From the NCBI GenBank assembly GCA_964016885.1, contig OZ024741.1, forward strand, positions 337,342,001 through 337,406,000: a DNA stretch of 64,000 nt, read 5' to 3'. Numbering within the stretch: the first letter of the stretch is position 1; each line of letters starts with the position of its first letter. Shown here in pieces: positions 1-13,049 of the stretch. The notes under the pieces were generated by a model. It ran no database searches. It was not told the origin of the DNA and saw only the letters and a list, made by a program, of their open reading frames with translations. The DNA is from Eledone cirrhosa (Eukaryota). The position numbers were made by a program, and so were the translations under genes.

Positions 1-3000
1 AGATAGTTTCTTTTACACAGTAATTACTGGAAACTTGTGTTACACAGATAGTTTCTTTTACACAGTAATTACTGGAAACTTGTGTTACACAGATAGTTTC
101 TTATACACAGTAATTACTGGAAACTTGTGTTACACAGATAGTTTCTTTTACACAGTAATTACTGGAAACTTGTGTTACACAGATAGTTTCTTTTACACAG
201 TAATTACTGGAAACTTGTGTTACACAGATAGTTTCTTTTACACAGTAATTACTGGAAACTTGTGTTACACAGATAGTTTCTTTTACACAGTAATTACTGG
301 AAACCTGTGTTACACAGATAGTTTCTGATACACAGTAATTACTGGAAACTTGTGTTACACAGATAGTTTCTTTTACACAGTAATTACTGGAGACTAGTGT
401 TACACAGATAGTTTCGTTTACACAGTAATTACTGGAAACTTGTGTTACACAGATAGTTTCTGATACACAGTAATTACTGGAAACTTGTGTTACACAGATA
501 GCATCTTATACACAGTAATTACTGGAAACTTGTGTTACACAGATAGTTTCTTATACACAGTAATTACTGGAAACATGTGTTACACAGATAGTTTCTTATA
601 CACAGTAATTACTTGGAAGTGGTGTTACACAGATAGTTTCTGATACACAGTAATTACTGGAAACTTAAGTTACACAGATAGTTTCTTATACACAGTAATT
701 ACTGGAGACTTGTGTTACACAGATAGTTTCAGATACACAGTAATTACTGGAAACTTGTGTTACACAGATAGTTACTTATACACAGTAATTACTGGAAACT
801 TGTGTTAGACAGATAGTTTCTTATACACAGTAATTACTGGAAACTTGTGTTACACAGATAGTTTCTTATACACAGTAATTACTGGAAACTTGTGTTACAC
901 AGATAGTTTCTTATACACAGTAATTACTGGAAACTTGTGTTACACAGATAGTTTCTTATACACAGTAATTACTGGAAACTTGTGTTACACAGATAGTTTC
1001 TTATACACAGTAATTACTGTAAACTTGTGTTACACAGATAGTTTCTTATACACAGTAATTACTGGAAACTTGTGTTACACAGATAGTTTCTGATACACAG
1101 TAATTACTGGAAACTTCTGTTACATAGATAGTTTCTTATACACAGTAATTACTTGGAAGTGGTGTTACACAGATAGTTTCTGATACACAGTAATTACTGG
1201 AAACTTGTGTTACACAGATAGTTTCTCATACACAGTAATTATTGGAAACTTGTGTTACACAGATAGTTTCTTATACACAGTAATTACTGGAAACTTGTGT
1301 TACACAGATAGTTTCTTATACACAGTAATTACTGGAAACTTGTGTTACACAGATAGTTTCTGATACACAGTAATTACTGGAAACTTGTGTTACACAGATA
1401 GTTTCTTATACACAGTAATTATTGGAAACTTGTGTTACACAGATAGTTTCTTATACACAGTAATTACTGGAAACTTGTGTTACACAGATAGTTTCTTTTA
1501 CACAGTAATTACTGGAAACTTGTGTTACACAGATAGTTTCAGATACACAGTAATTACTGGAAACTTGTGTTACACAGATAGTTTCTTTTACACAGTAATT
1601 ACTGGAAACCTGTGTTACACAGATAGTTTCTTTTACACAGTAATTACTGGAAACTTGTGTTACACAGATAGTTTCTTATACACAGTAATTACTGGAAACT
1701 TGTGTTACACAGATAGTTTCTTATACACAGTAATTACTGGAAACTTGTGTTACACAGATAGTTTCTTTTACACAGTAATTACTGGAAACTTGTGTTACAC
1801 AGATAGTTTCTTTTACACAGTAATTACTGGAAACTTGTGTTACACAGATAGTTTCTTATACACAGTAATTACTGGAAACTTGTGTTACACAGATAGTTTC
1901 TTTTACACAGTAATTACTGGAAACTTGTGTTACACAGATAGTTTCTTTTACACAGTAATTACTGGAAACTTGTGTTACACAGATAGTTTCTTTTACACAG
2001 TAATTACTGGAAACTTGTGTTACACAGATAGTTTCTTTTACACAGTAATTACTGGAAACCTGTGTTACACAGATAGTTTCTGATACACAGTAATTACTGG
2101 AAACTTGTGTTACACAGATAGTTTCTTTTACACAGTAATTACTGGAGACTAGTGTTACACAGATAGTTTCGTTTACACAGTAATTACTGGAAACTTGTGT
2201 TACACAGATAGTTTCTGATACACAGTAATTACTGGAAACTTGTGTTACACAGATAGCATCTTATACACAGTAATTACTGGAAACTTGTGTTACACAGATA
2301 GTTTCTTATACACAGTAATTACTGGAAACATGTGTTACACAGATAGTTTCTTATACACAGTAATTACTTGGAAGTGGTGTTACACAGATAGTTTCTGATA
2401 CACAGTAATTACTGGAAACTTAAGTTACACAGATAGTTTCTTATACACAGTAATTACTGGAGACTTGTGTTACACAGATAGTTTCAGATACACAGTAATT
2501 ACTGGAAACTTGTGTTACACAGATAGTTACTTATACACAGTAATTACTGGAAACTTGTGTTAGACAGATAGTTTCTTATACACAGTAATTACTGTAAACT
2601 TGTGTTACACAGATAGTTTCTTATACACAGTAATTACTGGAAACTTGTGTTACACAGATAGTTTCTTATACACAGTAATTACTGGAAACTTGTGTTATAC
2701 AGATAGCTTCTTATACACAGTAATTACTTGGAAGTGGTGTTACACAGATAGTTTCTTATACACAGTAATTACTGGAAACCTGTGTTACACAGATAGTTTC
2801 TGATACACAGTAATTACTGGAAACTTGTGTTACACAGGTAGTTTCTTATACACAGTAATTACTGGAGACTTGTGTTACACAGATAGTTTCAGATACACAG
2901 TAATTATTGGAAACTTGTGTTACACACATAGTTTCTTATACACAGTAATTACTGGAAACTTGTGTTACACAGATAGTTTCTGATACACAGTAATTACTGA

Positions 3001-3390
3001 AACTTGTGTTACACAGTTAATTTCTTATACACAGTCATTACTGGAAACTTGTGTTACACAGATAGTTTTCAAAACACAGTAATTATTGGAACTTGTGTTA
3101 CACAGATAGTTTCTTATACACAGTAATTACTGGAAACTTGTGTTACACAGATAGTATCTGATACATATTAATTACTGTAAACTAGTGTAACAAAGATAGT
3201 TTCTGATACACAGTAATTACTGGAAATGGGTGTCAGTCTCTGATGCACAGTAATTATTGGAAATTTGTGTAACACAGAGAGTTTCTCATACACAGTAATT
3301 ACTGGAAACCTATGTTACAAAGATAGTATCTGATACACAGTAACTACTCTAAACTGATGTAATATAGATAGTTTCTGATACACAGTAATT
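1..3390. repeat. 45-bp tandem satellite (~75 units), decaying at the right edge
   Basis: Unit TTACACAGATAGTTTCTTATACACAGTAATTACTGGAAACTTGTG repeated head to tail. It contains the palindrome CAGTAATTACTG. Variant units carry TGA stops in the only mostly open plus-strand frame. Confidence 0.97.
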
Positions 3391-3739
3391 ATACTTATAT
3401 TTACTTCCTGACATATATCATCATTATTAAGCTTTGGAATTTCTGCTTTAGTTTTATAAAAAATTTACCAATTTTCAAACATTTAAATTGAGGTTTAAAG
3501 AATCTAAAAATTGTAATAAAATAAAAATAAAACGTCTTTACTATTGATTCGTTTCAAAATTAATCCTGGTAGAAAAAAAAATGTTAATGAACATTCTTCA
3601 TTCATTTTTTTCCAAACTGAATAATGACACAAAATGTTTAAAAAGATAAAAACAACTAATAAATGTTATATTAGTGTTGGTTTCCTTTCGTTATTTAATT
3701 TTAGTCATGTCTCTGATTGTCTTTTTTCCAGTGACAGTG

Positions 3740-3919
3740 TATTATATATGTGCATATATATATATGTGCATATAAAAATATATAGATAGATAGATATGTA
3801 TATTTATATCTATGTATATATATATATATATATGTGTGTGTGTGGTGTGTATCTGTGTGTATATTTAAATATGTATATATACACACACACCCATATATAT
3901 ACACATATATATCTATATA

Positions 3920-3995
<76 letters not shown>

Positions 3996-4214
3996 TACAC
4001 ACACATATATATATATATATACATATATATATGTATATATATATATACATATATATATATACATATATATATGTATATATATATATACATATATATACAT
4101 ATATATATGTATATATATATTCTTATATTTATATATACATATAAATATATATATATATTTTTATATATATATATATACATATAAATATATATATATATTT
4201 ATATATATATATAC

Positions 4215-4260
<46 letters not shown>

Positions 4261-4405
4261 GTATATACATATATATACATGCATATATACACATATGTAT
4301 ATACACATACATATATATACATATATATACACATATGTATATACACATACATATACTTATCTGTATATATATATACACACACACATATATATATATACAA
4401 TATAC

Positions 4406-4489
<84 letters not shown>

Positions 4490-4500
4490 ATATACATATG
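3740..4500. repeat. (TA)n/(CA)n compound microsatellite
   Basis: Direct reading; the YIYI ORFs are artefacts of it. Confidence 0.97.
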
Positions 4501-4759
4501 TTATGCATGCATTTATATAAATAAATATTTAACATTTTCTTTTCAGATTAATCATTAATGAAGTGTAAATTTCGTTGAGAATTTTGAATTTCTCATCTGA
4601 ATATATGTTGAAAGAGAATAAAAAATATAGAATGCACAATTAATGAAGAAATGATATAATTCCAGCTATTCTGGACTAGAAAAATGTGGAAATTTTCTAC
4701 ACTTGATGTGGAGAAGATGTACTAATACAAGAGAGTAATAACAATGATAATAATTTCAA

Positions 4760-5361
4760 TAATAACTGTTTCTACTCTTGGCACAAGGCCAGCAATTATC
4801 CCAGTGCATTACTGGTACTTTATTTTATCGACTTTGTGAGGAGGAAAGGCAAAGTTAATCTCGGCGAGATTTGAACTCAGATCGCAAAGGGACGTAACTC
4901 TATGCTGCAAAGCATGGCGTCTGACCTGCTACCGATACTGCCAAACCACCGCCTTAACAATGGTAATAATAATAATTGTTTCTACTTTTGGCACAAGGCC
5001 AGCAATTATCCCAGTGCATTACTGGTACTTTATTTTAATGACTCTGTAAGGATGAAAGGCAAAGTTAGCCTCGGCGAGATTTGAACTCAGATCGCAAAGG
5101 GACGTAACTCTATGCTGCAAAGCATGGCGTACGACCCAATAGTAGTTTTTGATTTAGGAACAAGGCCAACAATTTTTAGATAGGGCAAATTCAATTATAT
5201 CGCCCCCAGTGCATTACTGGTGCTTTATTTTATTGACCTCGTAAGGATGAAAGGCAAAGCTAAACTCATCGGGATTTGGAGGCAGAACGTAAAGGGACGT
5301 AACTCTATACTGTGAAGCATGGTGTTCGTCGCAATACCGATACTGCCAATCCACTGCCCTT

Positions 5362-5395
<34 letters not shown>

Positions 5396-5592
5396 GTTTC
5401 TGATTTAGGCACAAGGCCAGCAATTCTAGGGGAGAGGAATGTTGATTAAATCAACTCCAATTTGTTCTTGGCACTTTATTTTATTGACCCTGTAAGGATG
5501 AAAGGCAAAGCTAACCTCAGCAGGATTTGAACTTAGAACGTAAATCCACACTGTAAAGCATGGTGTTCGATACTGCCAATCCACCACCCTTA
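4760..5592 (-). mobile_element. Cluster of four tandem copies of tRNA-derived SINE family A
   Basis: Each copy on the minus strand has B-box-like GAGTTCAAAT and central GCCTTTCATCCTTACNGGGTC-like sequence. Most have A-box-like TGGCAGTATCGG. Copies are separated by (AAT)n-rich tracts. Confidence 0.85.
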
Positions 5593-5599
5593 ATAATAA

Positions 5600-6252
5600 T
5601 AATTTCTTTATTAGCCACACAGGGCTCACATTAAGAAACATTAAAAACGATACAGGATGATACAGTGTGGGGTTTTTTTGTGTAAAATAAAATTTATAAA
5701 AAAGACTAAGAAAATAAACATTTGAAACAAACATAACAACTTCCCCAAAGGTGAGGAGTCTCTAAAGATCACTTGTGTAGAAATCCCACAAAAGCCACAG
5801 TCACCCTGTGCCCTAGAGCAAAGTGTCCTCTCCCAGTCTTTCTACTCCAGTCTACAGGCATATGCCTATGGCAGGCCCATTCACACGGACCATGCTTGCC
5901 ACTCTCACCCACCTTTCAACAAATTGGCTGGAAAGCAGCACTTCCTTCTCCATCCTGATTTTCCTCTTCAAGTCAAATCTGAAAAAGTTAATCAGGGCAT
6001 CAACGAAGAGGTAGGTGCTCGTCTTCAACCCTTTCAAATGCATCCACCACACGACCACTTTCCCCATGGCCACCAGGCAGATAAAAACTGTCTGTCCTTC
6101 CCCTCTAAAGGAGGACAGTAGGGCGATCATCACAATGGACTCAGTTGATAGTCGGATCCATCCTACATGTGACAGCAGCTGCTTGACATAAAGCCATAGG
6201 TCAGCAATACTCGGACACTCGACGAGTGCATGCAGAACGGTTTTGTCACCCT
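5600..6252 (-). mobile_element. 3' fragment of an L1/Tx1-type non-LTR retrotransposon
   Basis: Minus strand reads ...KTVLHALVECPSIADLW... (zf-RVT-like HxxxxC) continuing into ORF 5852-6133, then a 3'UTR ending in AATAAA plus (ATT)n. Confidence 0.65.
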
Positions 6253-6633
6253 AATGGTAAAATAATCCCCTCTTAACTACTCTTATTTGACAAATGAATA
6301 CTCCGTCACTCCTAATCACCAACTCTTAGCTGGGATAAACTACTATTAGTGTAACACTAACAGAGAACAAAAGAAAACTATGAACAAAAATATGAATTTT
6401 CCTCCCTAAATATGTATGTAAAAACTAAACAATATTTTTCTACATTTTCTTATTAATATGCAATTTAACTGCATTGTACACTTCCATCATTGAAAAAGCA
6501 TATAAAGCTGAAACCAGTACAATTAAATGCAGAAATTCCTATTTTGTAAATAAATGTTTTGATGTTATTCTGAAAAAATCCCTCTAGCATTTTCTACAGT
6601 GTTTTTTTTTTCTTTTCTACTATATATATATAT

Positions 6634-7080
6634 CATCATTATCATCATCATCATCGTTTAACGTCCATCTTCCACGCTAGCATGGGTTTGGACGAGAATT
6701 TTCCCACATGAGGCAAGATTGGTTGTCTTGCTCATATAGGACTGTCTGGCAGGTTTTCTACAACTGGATGCCCTTCCTAACACCAACCACATTTATAGTG
6801 TGGACTGGGAGGTTTCTACCGTGTTACCTACATGGCCACATTACAGCGTGGACTGTGTGTTTTTTTGTCATAACACCTACATGACCTCATTTATTTCAGA
6901 CTGGATGTTGTGGTACCAACATAGCTTTACATCGAAAGGGGTGGTGTAGATGGGGTGGGGGTAGTGCGACGGGGATGTATTTTTGTTAAGAGGTGCCTAC
7001 TGACTGTAGGTTTCGCTTTGTACTTAGGCATGGCGGGTCTTCTGTATTACTGCGTAGCGTCAAAGATCTCGGTCCAGGAG
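6634..7080 (-). mobile_element. 3' end of an RTE LINE with SINE-like 3'UTR (same family as 35738-36275)
   Basis: Colinear with 35738-36180 and ends in GGACGTTAAACGATGATGATG. Confidence 0.75.
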
Positions 7081-7120
7081 AGGTGTATATATATATATAT
7101 ATATATATTTAATATAGAAA

Positions 7121-7170
7121 GGCTTCTACAGGACTAGAACCGTTTCATTCGGGAGAAATGATCAGGAAGC
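7121..7170 (-). ncRNA. Degenerate type I hammerhead-like motif (family shared with 62594-62643 and ~43130-43180)
   Basis: GCTTC-CTGATCA-TTTCTCCCGAAT-GAAAC-GGTTCTAGTCCT-GTA-GAAGC. Stem I is GCTTC/GAAGC; core G8 is mutated. Confidence 0.5.
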
Positions 7171-7729
7171 AGCTGTCCAAGTAATATGGTGGTATTTAGT
7201 TTTCAGCCAAACTTATTGTAGTAGTAGTAGAAGATTTAGTAAGAATTATTACAGCTAGACTATGGTAGATTATGGATAAAGGTGTAGGGTTCTGAAGAAT
7301 AGTAGAAATAATTAAAATTTAAATAATTAATTGGAATAGTTAAATTTGAGTTATGACCACAATTAGGAATTACCAATAAATATATATTGATTTCTAAGAA
7401 AAACATTTAAACTAATATTACTAGTTGAGACAAAATTAAATCAAGTTTACTAATGAAGTAAATTGAATTATTGGTGTTGTTGTTGTTGTTGTTGTTGTTG
7501 TTGGCAGTATTGGTAGAGTGCCAGACACTATGGTTTGCAGCATAGAGTTATGGCCCTTTACGTTATGGGCCAAATCTTGCCACGGTTAGCTTTGCTTTTT
7601 ATCCTTACGGGGTCGATAAAATAAAACACCAGTAATGCCCTGCGGTAATTGCTGGCCTTGTACCAAAAGTAGAAACAATTATTATTAGCATATATATATA
7701 TTTTTATTATGAAGTCAGCAGATGGTCTG

Positions 7730-9300
7730 TCAGAACACTTTTATGTCTTAAGTTTGGACACCTTTACTGCCTCTGCTGTGATACTTCATGCCTTCTTGTG
7801 TTGCAAGTGCAAGAAGGACTTATTTCCAAGTCAAGATTTTAAACTTCCTTCTTTGCTTGGATGGCATCTTTGACCTCTTCGTTGAACCATAGGGTCCTCC
7901 TGCCTTCTGGTGCCACACCAAGCCTCTTTCGCCTGCAGCATTTAACAGCTGAAGCAGAAACTGCTGCGCTGAACAATCTCCACTCTATCTCAACGTCCTC
8001 AGTTTGTTCAGGTAGTTCTATGAATTTGGATGTAATAGTATCTGCATACTTAGTCCTGACTTCCTTATCTACCAATGCTTCCCACTTTATCCTGCCAGTT
8101 TTGTGGGCTTCTTTGGTTTAAGTAGTCTCAGTTTACAGCTCAGCCCTTCTCTTAACACGAACATTCAACACAGAATCAAAAAGATCAGAGACAATAACAA
8201 ATTCAATTATTGATCCTTGTCCCTTATTCCCCTTATACCATGTATATTTATGGACGTCTCAGTGCTGGAAGAAGATGTTCATAATAGAGAGCCCATTGCT
8301 AAAACAGAAGTCTAGTAAGGCTTTTCGATTATATTTAGGTCAGAGTCACCACTCCTTCCAAGAACTCATTTCCATGTCAAGTGGTCAGTGCCAGCATGTG
8401 CATTGAAGTCTCCCATCAGTATAAATGACTCATTCTTAACTACATCTAATGCTACAGTGACTTCATCAAAGAAGGACCTGCATTTGGAATCCTTGTTTGG
8501 TGCATAAACTTGCACCACCAACAGAGACCTATCTTTCAGCCTAGGCTTCAAGAGGCAAATCCTCCCTACTAATGGGATCCAGCCCATTACTATTTCTGAC
8601 AGCCAGGGGCTTGTGAATATACACACTCCTGCCTGTGCAGTCATTTCTGGCGCCGCATTTGAATAGTGGAGTTTCCATCCTCCATCCAAATCTACAGTAT
8701 CAAAGCCACTTTGTTGAGGAAACCCTGACTATATCTAGCCAGTAACACCTAGCCTCCTCCACTGGTTCACCTGTAAGGGTTGTGATGTTCCAGTTTCCAA
8801 CTGTTAAGGTTTGCTCCTATTTGGACCCTCTTTGTGCATCCATCCAACACCTCCCAGAACAGATCGCAGGCCCATTGTTAGTTTTTGCAGCATGAAATGG
8901 AGACTGCAATATATTTTTTTTTAACAGGCCCCTCTACCTAAGGCCTGAACACATCCATTGTTAACCCTCATGAAGGATGATGTGGTATGGCTCTTTTTTG
9001 GTTTCCTCATTATATTGCAGTTTCAGTTTCAGTGGTCTTATTTGCGCATCTCCAATCTGGTACTTTGGCAAACTTGCAAAGACCAGGCTTTTTTTAGAGA
9101 CGGCCTTTACTTGCCTCATTGTAGCTACATCACTGGGTTGTGAGAGTTTTCTTGGGAGATACAGGTGTCACCTAATGCACCATCTCCCCTAGTAGTATAC
9201 TGCTGTTGGTATGTTTATTCGTCTGGCAGTTGCCTGCTTATATCACAACTAACCATCATATCTGGTGGCCGAATCACTATCCGCCACCTGCAACCTATTT
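7730..9300 (-). mobile_element. RTE-clade LINE 5' part (AP endonuclease), degenerate
   Basis: LTVGNWNITTLTG near 8810, then ORF 8366-8689 with QVYAP and MGDFNAH motifs, and ORF 7839-8075 (LWFNEEVKDAI). Multiple stops and frameshifts. Confidence 0.85.
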
Positions 9301-11179
9301 TCTAGCAGAACAGCTCTGCTGAGTAATTATTGTTACTATTATAATTACTATTGATCGGGTCAATGGATTGGCAGTATTGGTAAAGCATTAAACAACATAC
9401 TTAGCAGCATATAGTTATAGTGCTTTACATTCTGAGTTCATATCCTGCCGGGGTTAGCTCTGTCTTTCATCCTGACAGGGTCAATAAAAATAAGTATCAG
9501 AAATGCACTGGTGTTAATTTAATCAGTATTCCCTTCCCTTCAAATTTCTGGTCTTGTGCCTCAATCAGAAACCATTATTATTGATCAGGGTGATGGATTG
9601 GCAGAATCATTAGAGCATCAGACAAAATACTTTGCAGCATTTAGTCATGGCCCTTTACATTCCGAGTTCAAACCCTGGTGAGGCAAAACAAATCTTTTAA
9701 AATAACCCTCAACTTATGGTATCTTTCAGTTTTTTAGGTTTAACCTGGCCAGACAGACACCAGGAGAGGGACACTAAATGTCATTGCCTCCCTATTTTTG
9801 CCAGATGGCATCACAATCTTCCCATTCTATGGTGGTAAGCCCTATATCTTGGATGCAACAAGTAGCAACACTTTCTCCAGCAGGAATCTGGCAAATTCTG
9901 CAACAAAGCTGTTTGATTGTCGGGCAAACTGAAGATCACAAGTTATTAAAGCATCACCCATTTTCTGATGTTTCTCATTGAACTTATAGCAGGGAAAACT
10001 TCAAACTTCTAGGTCCCCATAGTGCCTCCCTATTTACTCATATCATGATGGATTTGGCCACTCACAGAAGTGAGTCCCACGAGTTGAAATGACACTTTCA
10101 GTGTCTCCCTTACTATCCTTCAGGAAAACTTTTTTATTTTCAATTCTTCTGTCCACTGGACCCATGTATCTGGCTGTGTACGCCTGGGGCTCTGGACGTT
10201 AGAGAGGCAAAGTGGGTGAACAGGTGTAGGTCGTGGAAACCTTTGATTGGGTGGTTTGTGCTGTTACCGTTTGTAAAATAAATTTGATTACTTTGAATAA
10301 ATAATTGTTTCTATTTTAGGCACAAGGCCAGCAATTACCCACTACATTACTGGTACTTTATTTTATCGACCCCCGTAAGGATGAAAGGCAAAGTTAAATA
10401 ATTGTTTCTACTTTAGGCACAAGGCCAGCAATTACCCAGTGCATTACTGGTACTTTATTTTAAAGTTAAATAATGAATGAATATTACATAATTTATCTAC
10501 TAAATTTTGTAGCTGTTGATTAAACATAAATATTCTTATATATAATGATTGCTTATTTTAAGATTCACTTCTTTTTAAATTTTCCGGTTAGCGTTCGTTA
10601 TATCATAACACTTATTACATCGCTTAAATAAACATCCATATATTTGCACCGTTATATAAGGTTTCATTACATTTCACCGCAATGCATCGTCTTTTTTAAA
10701 TGTATCATGGATTACTTTACTTACAGAAGAGAGTGTAACACAGTTTCTCTTCAATTTCTGTGCATATTCTCAATTACGATTTTATTTCATGTATCATATC
10801 TACACGCATGTATATTTGCATATAATATAAATATTCACACTACAGAAAACCACCCGAAGGGTTGTTTTTCTTCTACTGCATATAAATAAAATTGACGACT
10901 GAAAAATTCAAAATTAGAACAGCACTTATTCAATACAATATAAAAAATAAAAGAATATAAGAAAAGGTAGTTTAATTCTTAAACAATTAGGTGCTTAATT
11001 CTTAAACAATTAAGTGCCGCACTCCGTTCGTTTTAGAAGACACACACGCAATAATTTCTTAGAAGTAGTGTTTATGGTGCAAGGTAAATAACTCTCTCAT
11101 TTTGCTTACAAAAGTTATCTTTCTTGTTTCTTGACTTACTAGCTGAAAGACAAGATTCAGAGAGCTGTAAAATAGGATG

Positions 11180-11820
11180 TCAGCGTTGTTGTTACTTCTG
11201 TTAATATTCTTACTATTGTTACTGTTGTTGTTATTATATTGGTGGTGATGGTGCTCTTGGTGCTGCTACTGTAACTATTGTTGTAGATGGTGATAGTGGT
11301 ATTGTTATTGTTCTTATTGTTGCCGTTACTATTGTTGTTGTTGCTGCTGCTGTCTGTGTTGTTGTTGTTGCTGCTGTTTGTGTTGTTGTTGTTGTTGCTG
11401 TCTGTGTTGCTGTTGTTTGTGTTGTTGTGTGCTACTGCAGTTTCTGTTGTTTGTGTTGTTGTTGTTGCTGTTTGTGTTGCTGTTGTTTGTGTTGTTGTTG
11501 TTGCTGCTGTTTGTGTTGTTGTTGGTGCTGCTGTTTGTGTTGTTGTTGTTGCTGTTGTTTGTGTTGTTGTGTGCTGCTGCAGTTTCTGTTGTTGTTGTTG
11601 CTGCTGTTTGTGTTGTTGTTGGTGCTGCTGTTTGTGTTGTTGTTGTTGCTGCAGTTTCTGTTGTTTGTGTTGTTGTTGTTGTTGCTGTTTGTGTTGCTGT
11701 TGTTGTTGCTGTTGTTGTTGCTGTTGTTTGTGTTGTTGTGTGCTGCTGCAGTTTCTGTTGTTGTTGTTGCTGTTGTTTGTGTTGTTGTTGTTGCTGCTGT
11801 TTGTGTTGTTGTTGCTGATT
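11180..11820. repeat. (GTT/GCT)n low-complexity repeat with internal block duplications
   Basis: Direct reading; yields poly-Q/T/C/V pseudo-ORFs on both strands. Confidence 0.9.
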
Positions 11821-12023
11821 GATTCAGCAAACCTAGTGTCAATGCCATTCCAACCATGACTCTCCCACATTTTTAACGATATTTGGTTCTACATTATTGT
11901 TAGTGTTCTTTACTTTTAAATGACAATAGGTTAGCAGGCCTCAAAAGGCATGCCTCATAATGCGGCCCTCCAATGGTATGCCTCCTCACATTGCTGCATC
12001 ATAAACTTATTAATTGAAGAATT

Positions 12024-12413
12024 TGTAGTGACTGAGATGGTCGCTTAGCAACTAGCAGTTGCCTCCCCTTAACAACTCTTCAGAGAGCGGAGGCAATAGA
12101 CATCCGGTCACAGACGCTGGTTTGAACAGACGTGAAATGATTCGCTCCTGATAAAATATTGACTATGCTGTCTTCGTAAAGGATGATGTGAAAATGCCCT
12201 CCTTCGGATCAAGGACGCTACGATATCTCGACGAATAGGCATTTGCTATTGTCTTCGTTATTTCTGTACCGGAGAATATTATTACACCTTTTGTTATTAA
12301 CCCACAAGGTATGTTTAAATTGACGTTGTAGGAAATTTATTAAATATCACATTTAATAAAAGATCGTTAAATTTTGATTGTTCACCCCCTTTCTGGAGTC
12401 ATTTATTCATACA
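12024..12413 (+). repeat. 5' LTR
   Basis: Starts TGTAGTG, ends ...TTCATACA, AATAAA at ~12355; about 8 differences from the 3' LTR by eye. Confidence 0.95.
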
Positions 12414-13010
12414 TGGCATTCTCGGTGAAGGACGTGGTGGCGGATTTGGACGCCGACGTTACCTACGGCTCGTTAAAAACTGAAATTCTTCGGAGAAATA
12501 CCAAGTCGGTGGAAAGTCGTTTTCGGGAGTTGTTGGAGGATGCGCAAATGGGTGACAGAACGCCGAACTCCTATTTGCGACATTTGCGGGAGTTGAGCGA
12601 CTCCCAGGGGATGGACACCCCATTCATAAAACAGCTCTTTTTCTCACGTTTACCGCCAAGTGCGCAAATGGTTTTGGTTAATAGTTTGGAGAGGGAATCG
12701 TTAGATCAACTTGCCGCATCCGCGGATAGAATACTTGAGGTGGACTCTAACAGCAATCGGCATAATCCTTGTGTGGCTTCTTCTGTTCCCCCACGCAATT
12801 CTTCTGAAACCGCTACGAGTACCGTTCGCCTCCGTCTGCTATTCCTCGAAACCGCTACGAGTACCGTTCGCCGCTGTCTTCTATTCATCGCCAGCACTAC
12901 AACGCAGACAACAATAATTCTCGTTTTGTTGGTATCATGCTAACTTCGGCAGTAGGGCACAACGTTGTCGCACGCCCTGTAATTACAAGAGATCGGAAAA
13001 CGCAAAGCAG
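12413..13010 (+). pseudogene. gag: Gypsy gag (N-terminally truncated, frameshifted)
   Basis: YGSLKTEILRR...LLEDAQMGDRTPNSYLRHLRELS. After a frameshift near 12800 it reads CWYHANFGSRAQRCRTPC, the Cys/His motif typical of this gag lineage. Confidence 0.85.
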
Positions 13011-13049
13011 ATCCACTAGGGGCGGCTAGTGAACTCTGGGAAAATCGAC

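Noticed and set aside
1-3390. CRISPR array or repeat-protein gene (CYTDSFLYTVITGNL)n
   Set aside because: No unique spacers and no cas genes; eukaryotic context; variant units introduce stops and other frames are closed.
3701-4558. YIYI/ICIC ORFs here and at 20313, 24314, 35530, 52703, 53837, 58271, 59879
   Set aside because: Translations of (TA)n/(CA)n microsatellites.
11157-11870. Poly-Q/T/N or Cys-rich protein
   Set aside because: Trinucleotide repeat open in most frames on both strands; no unique domain or splice evidence.
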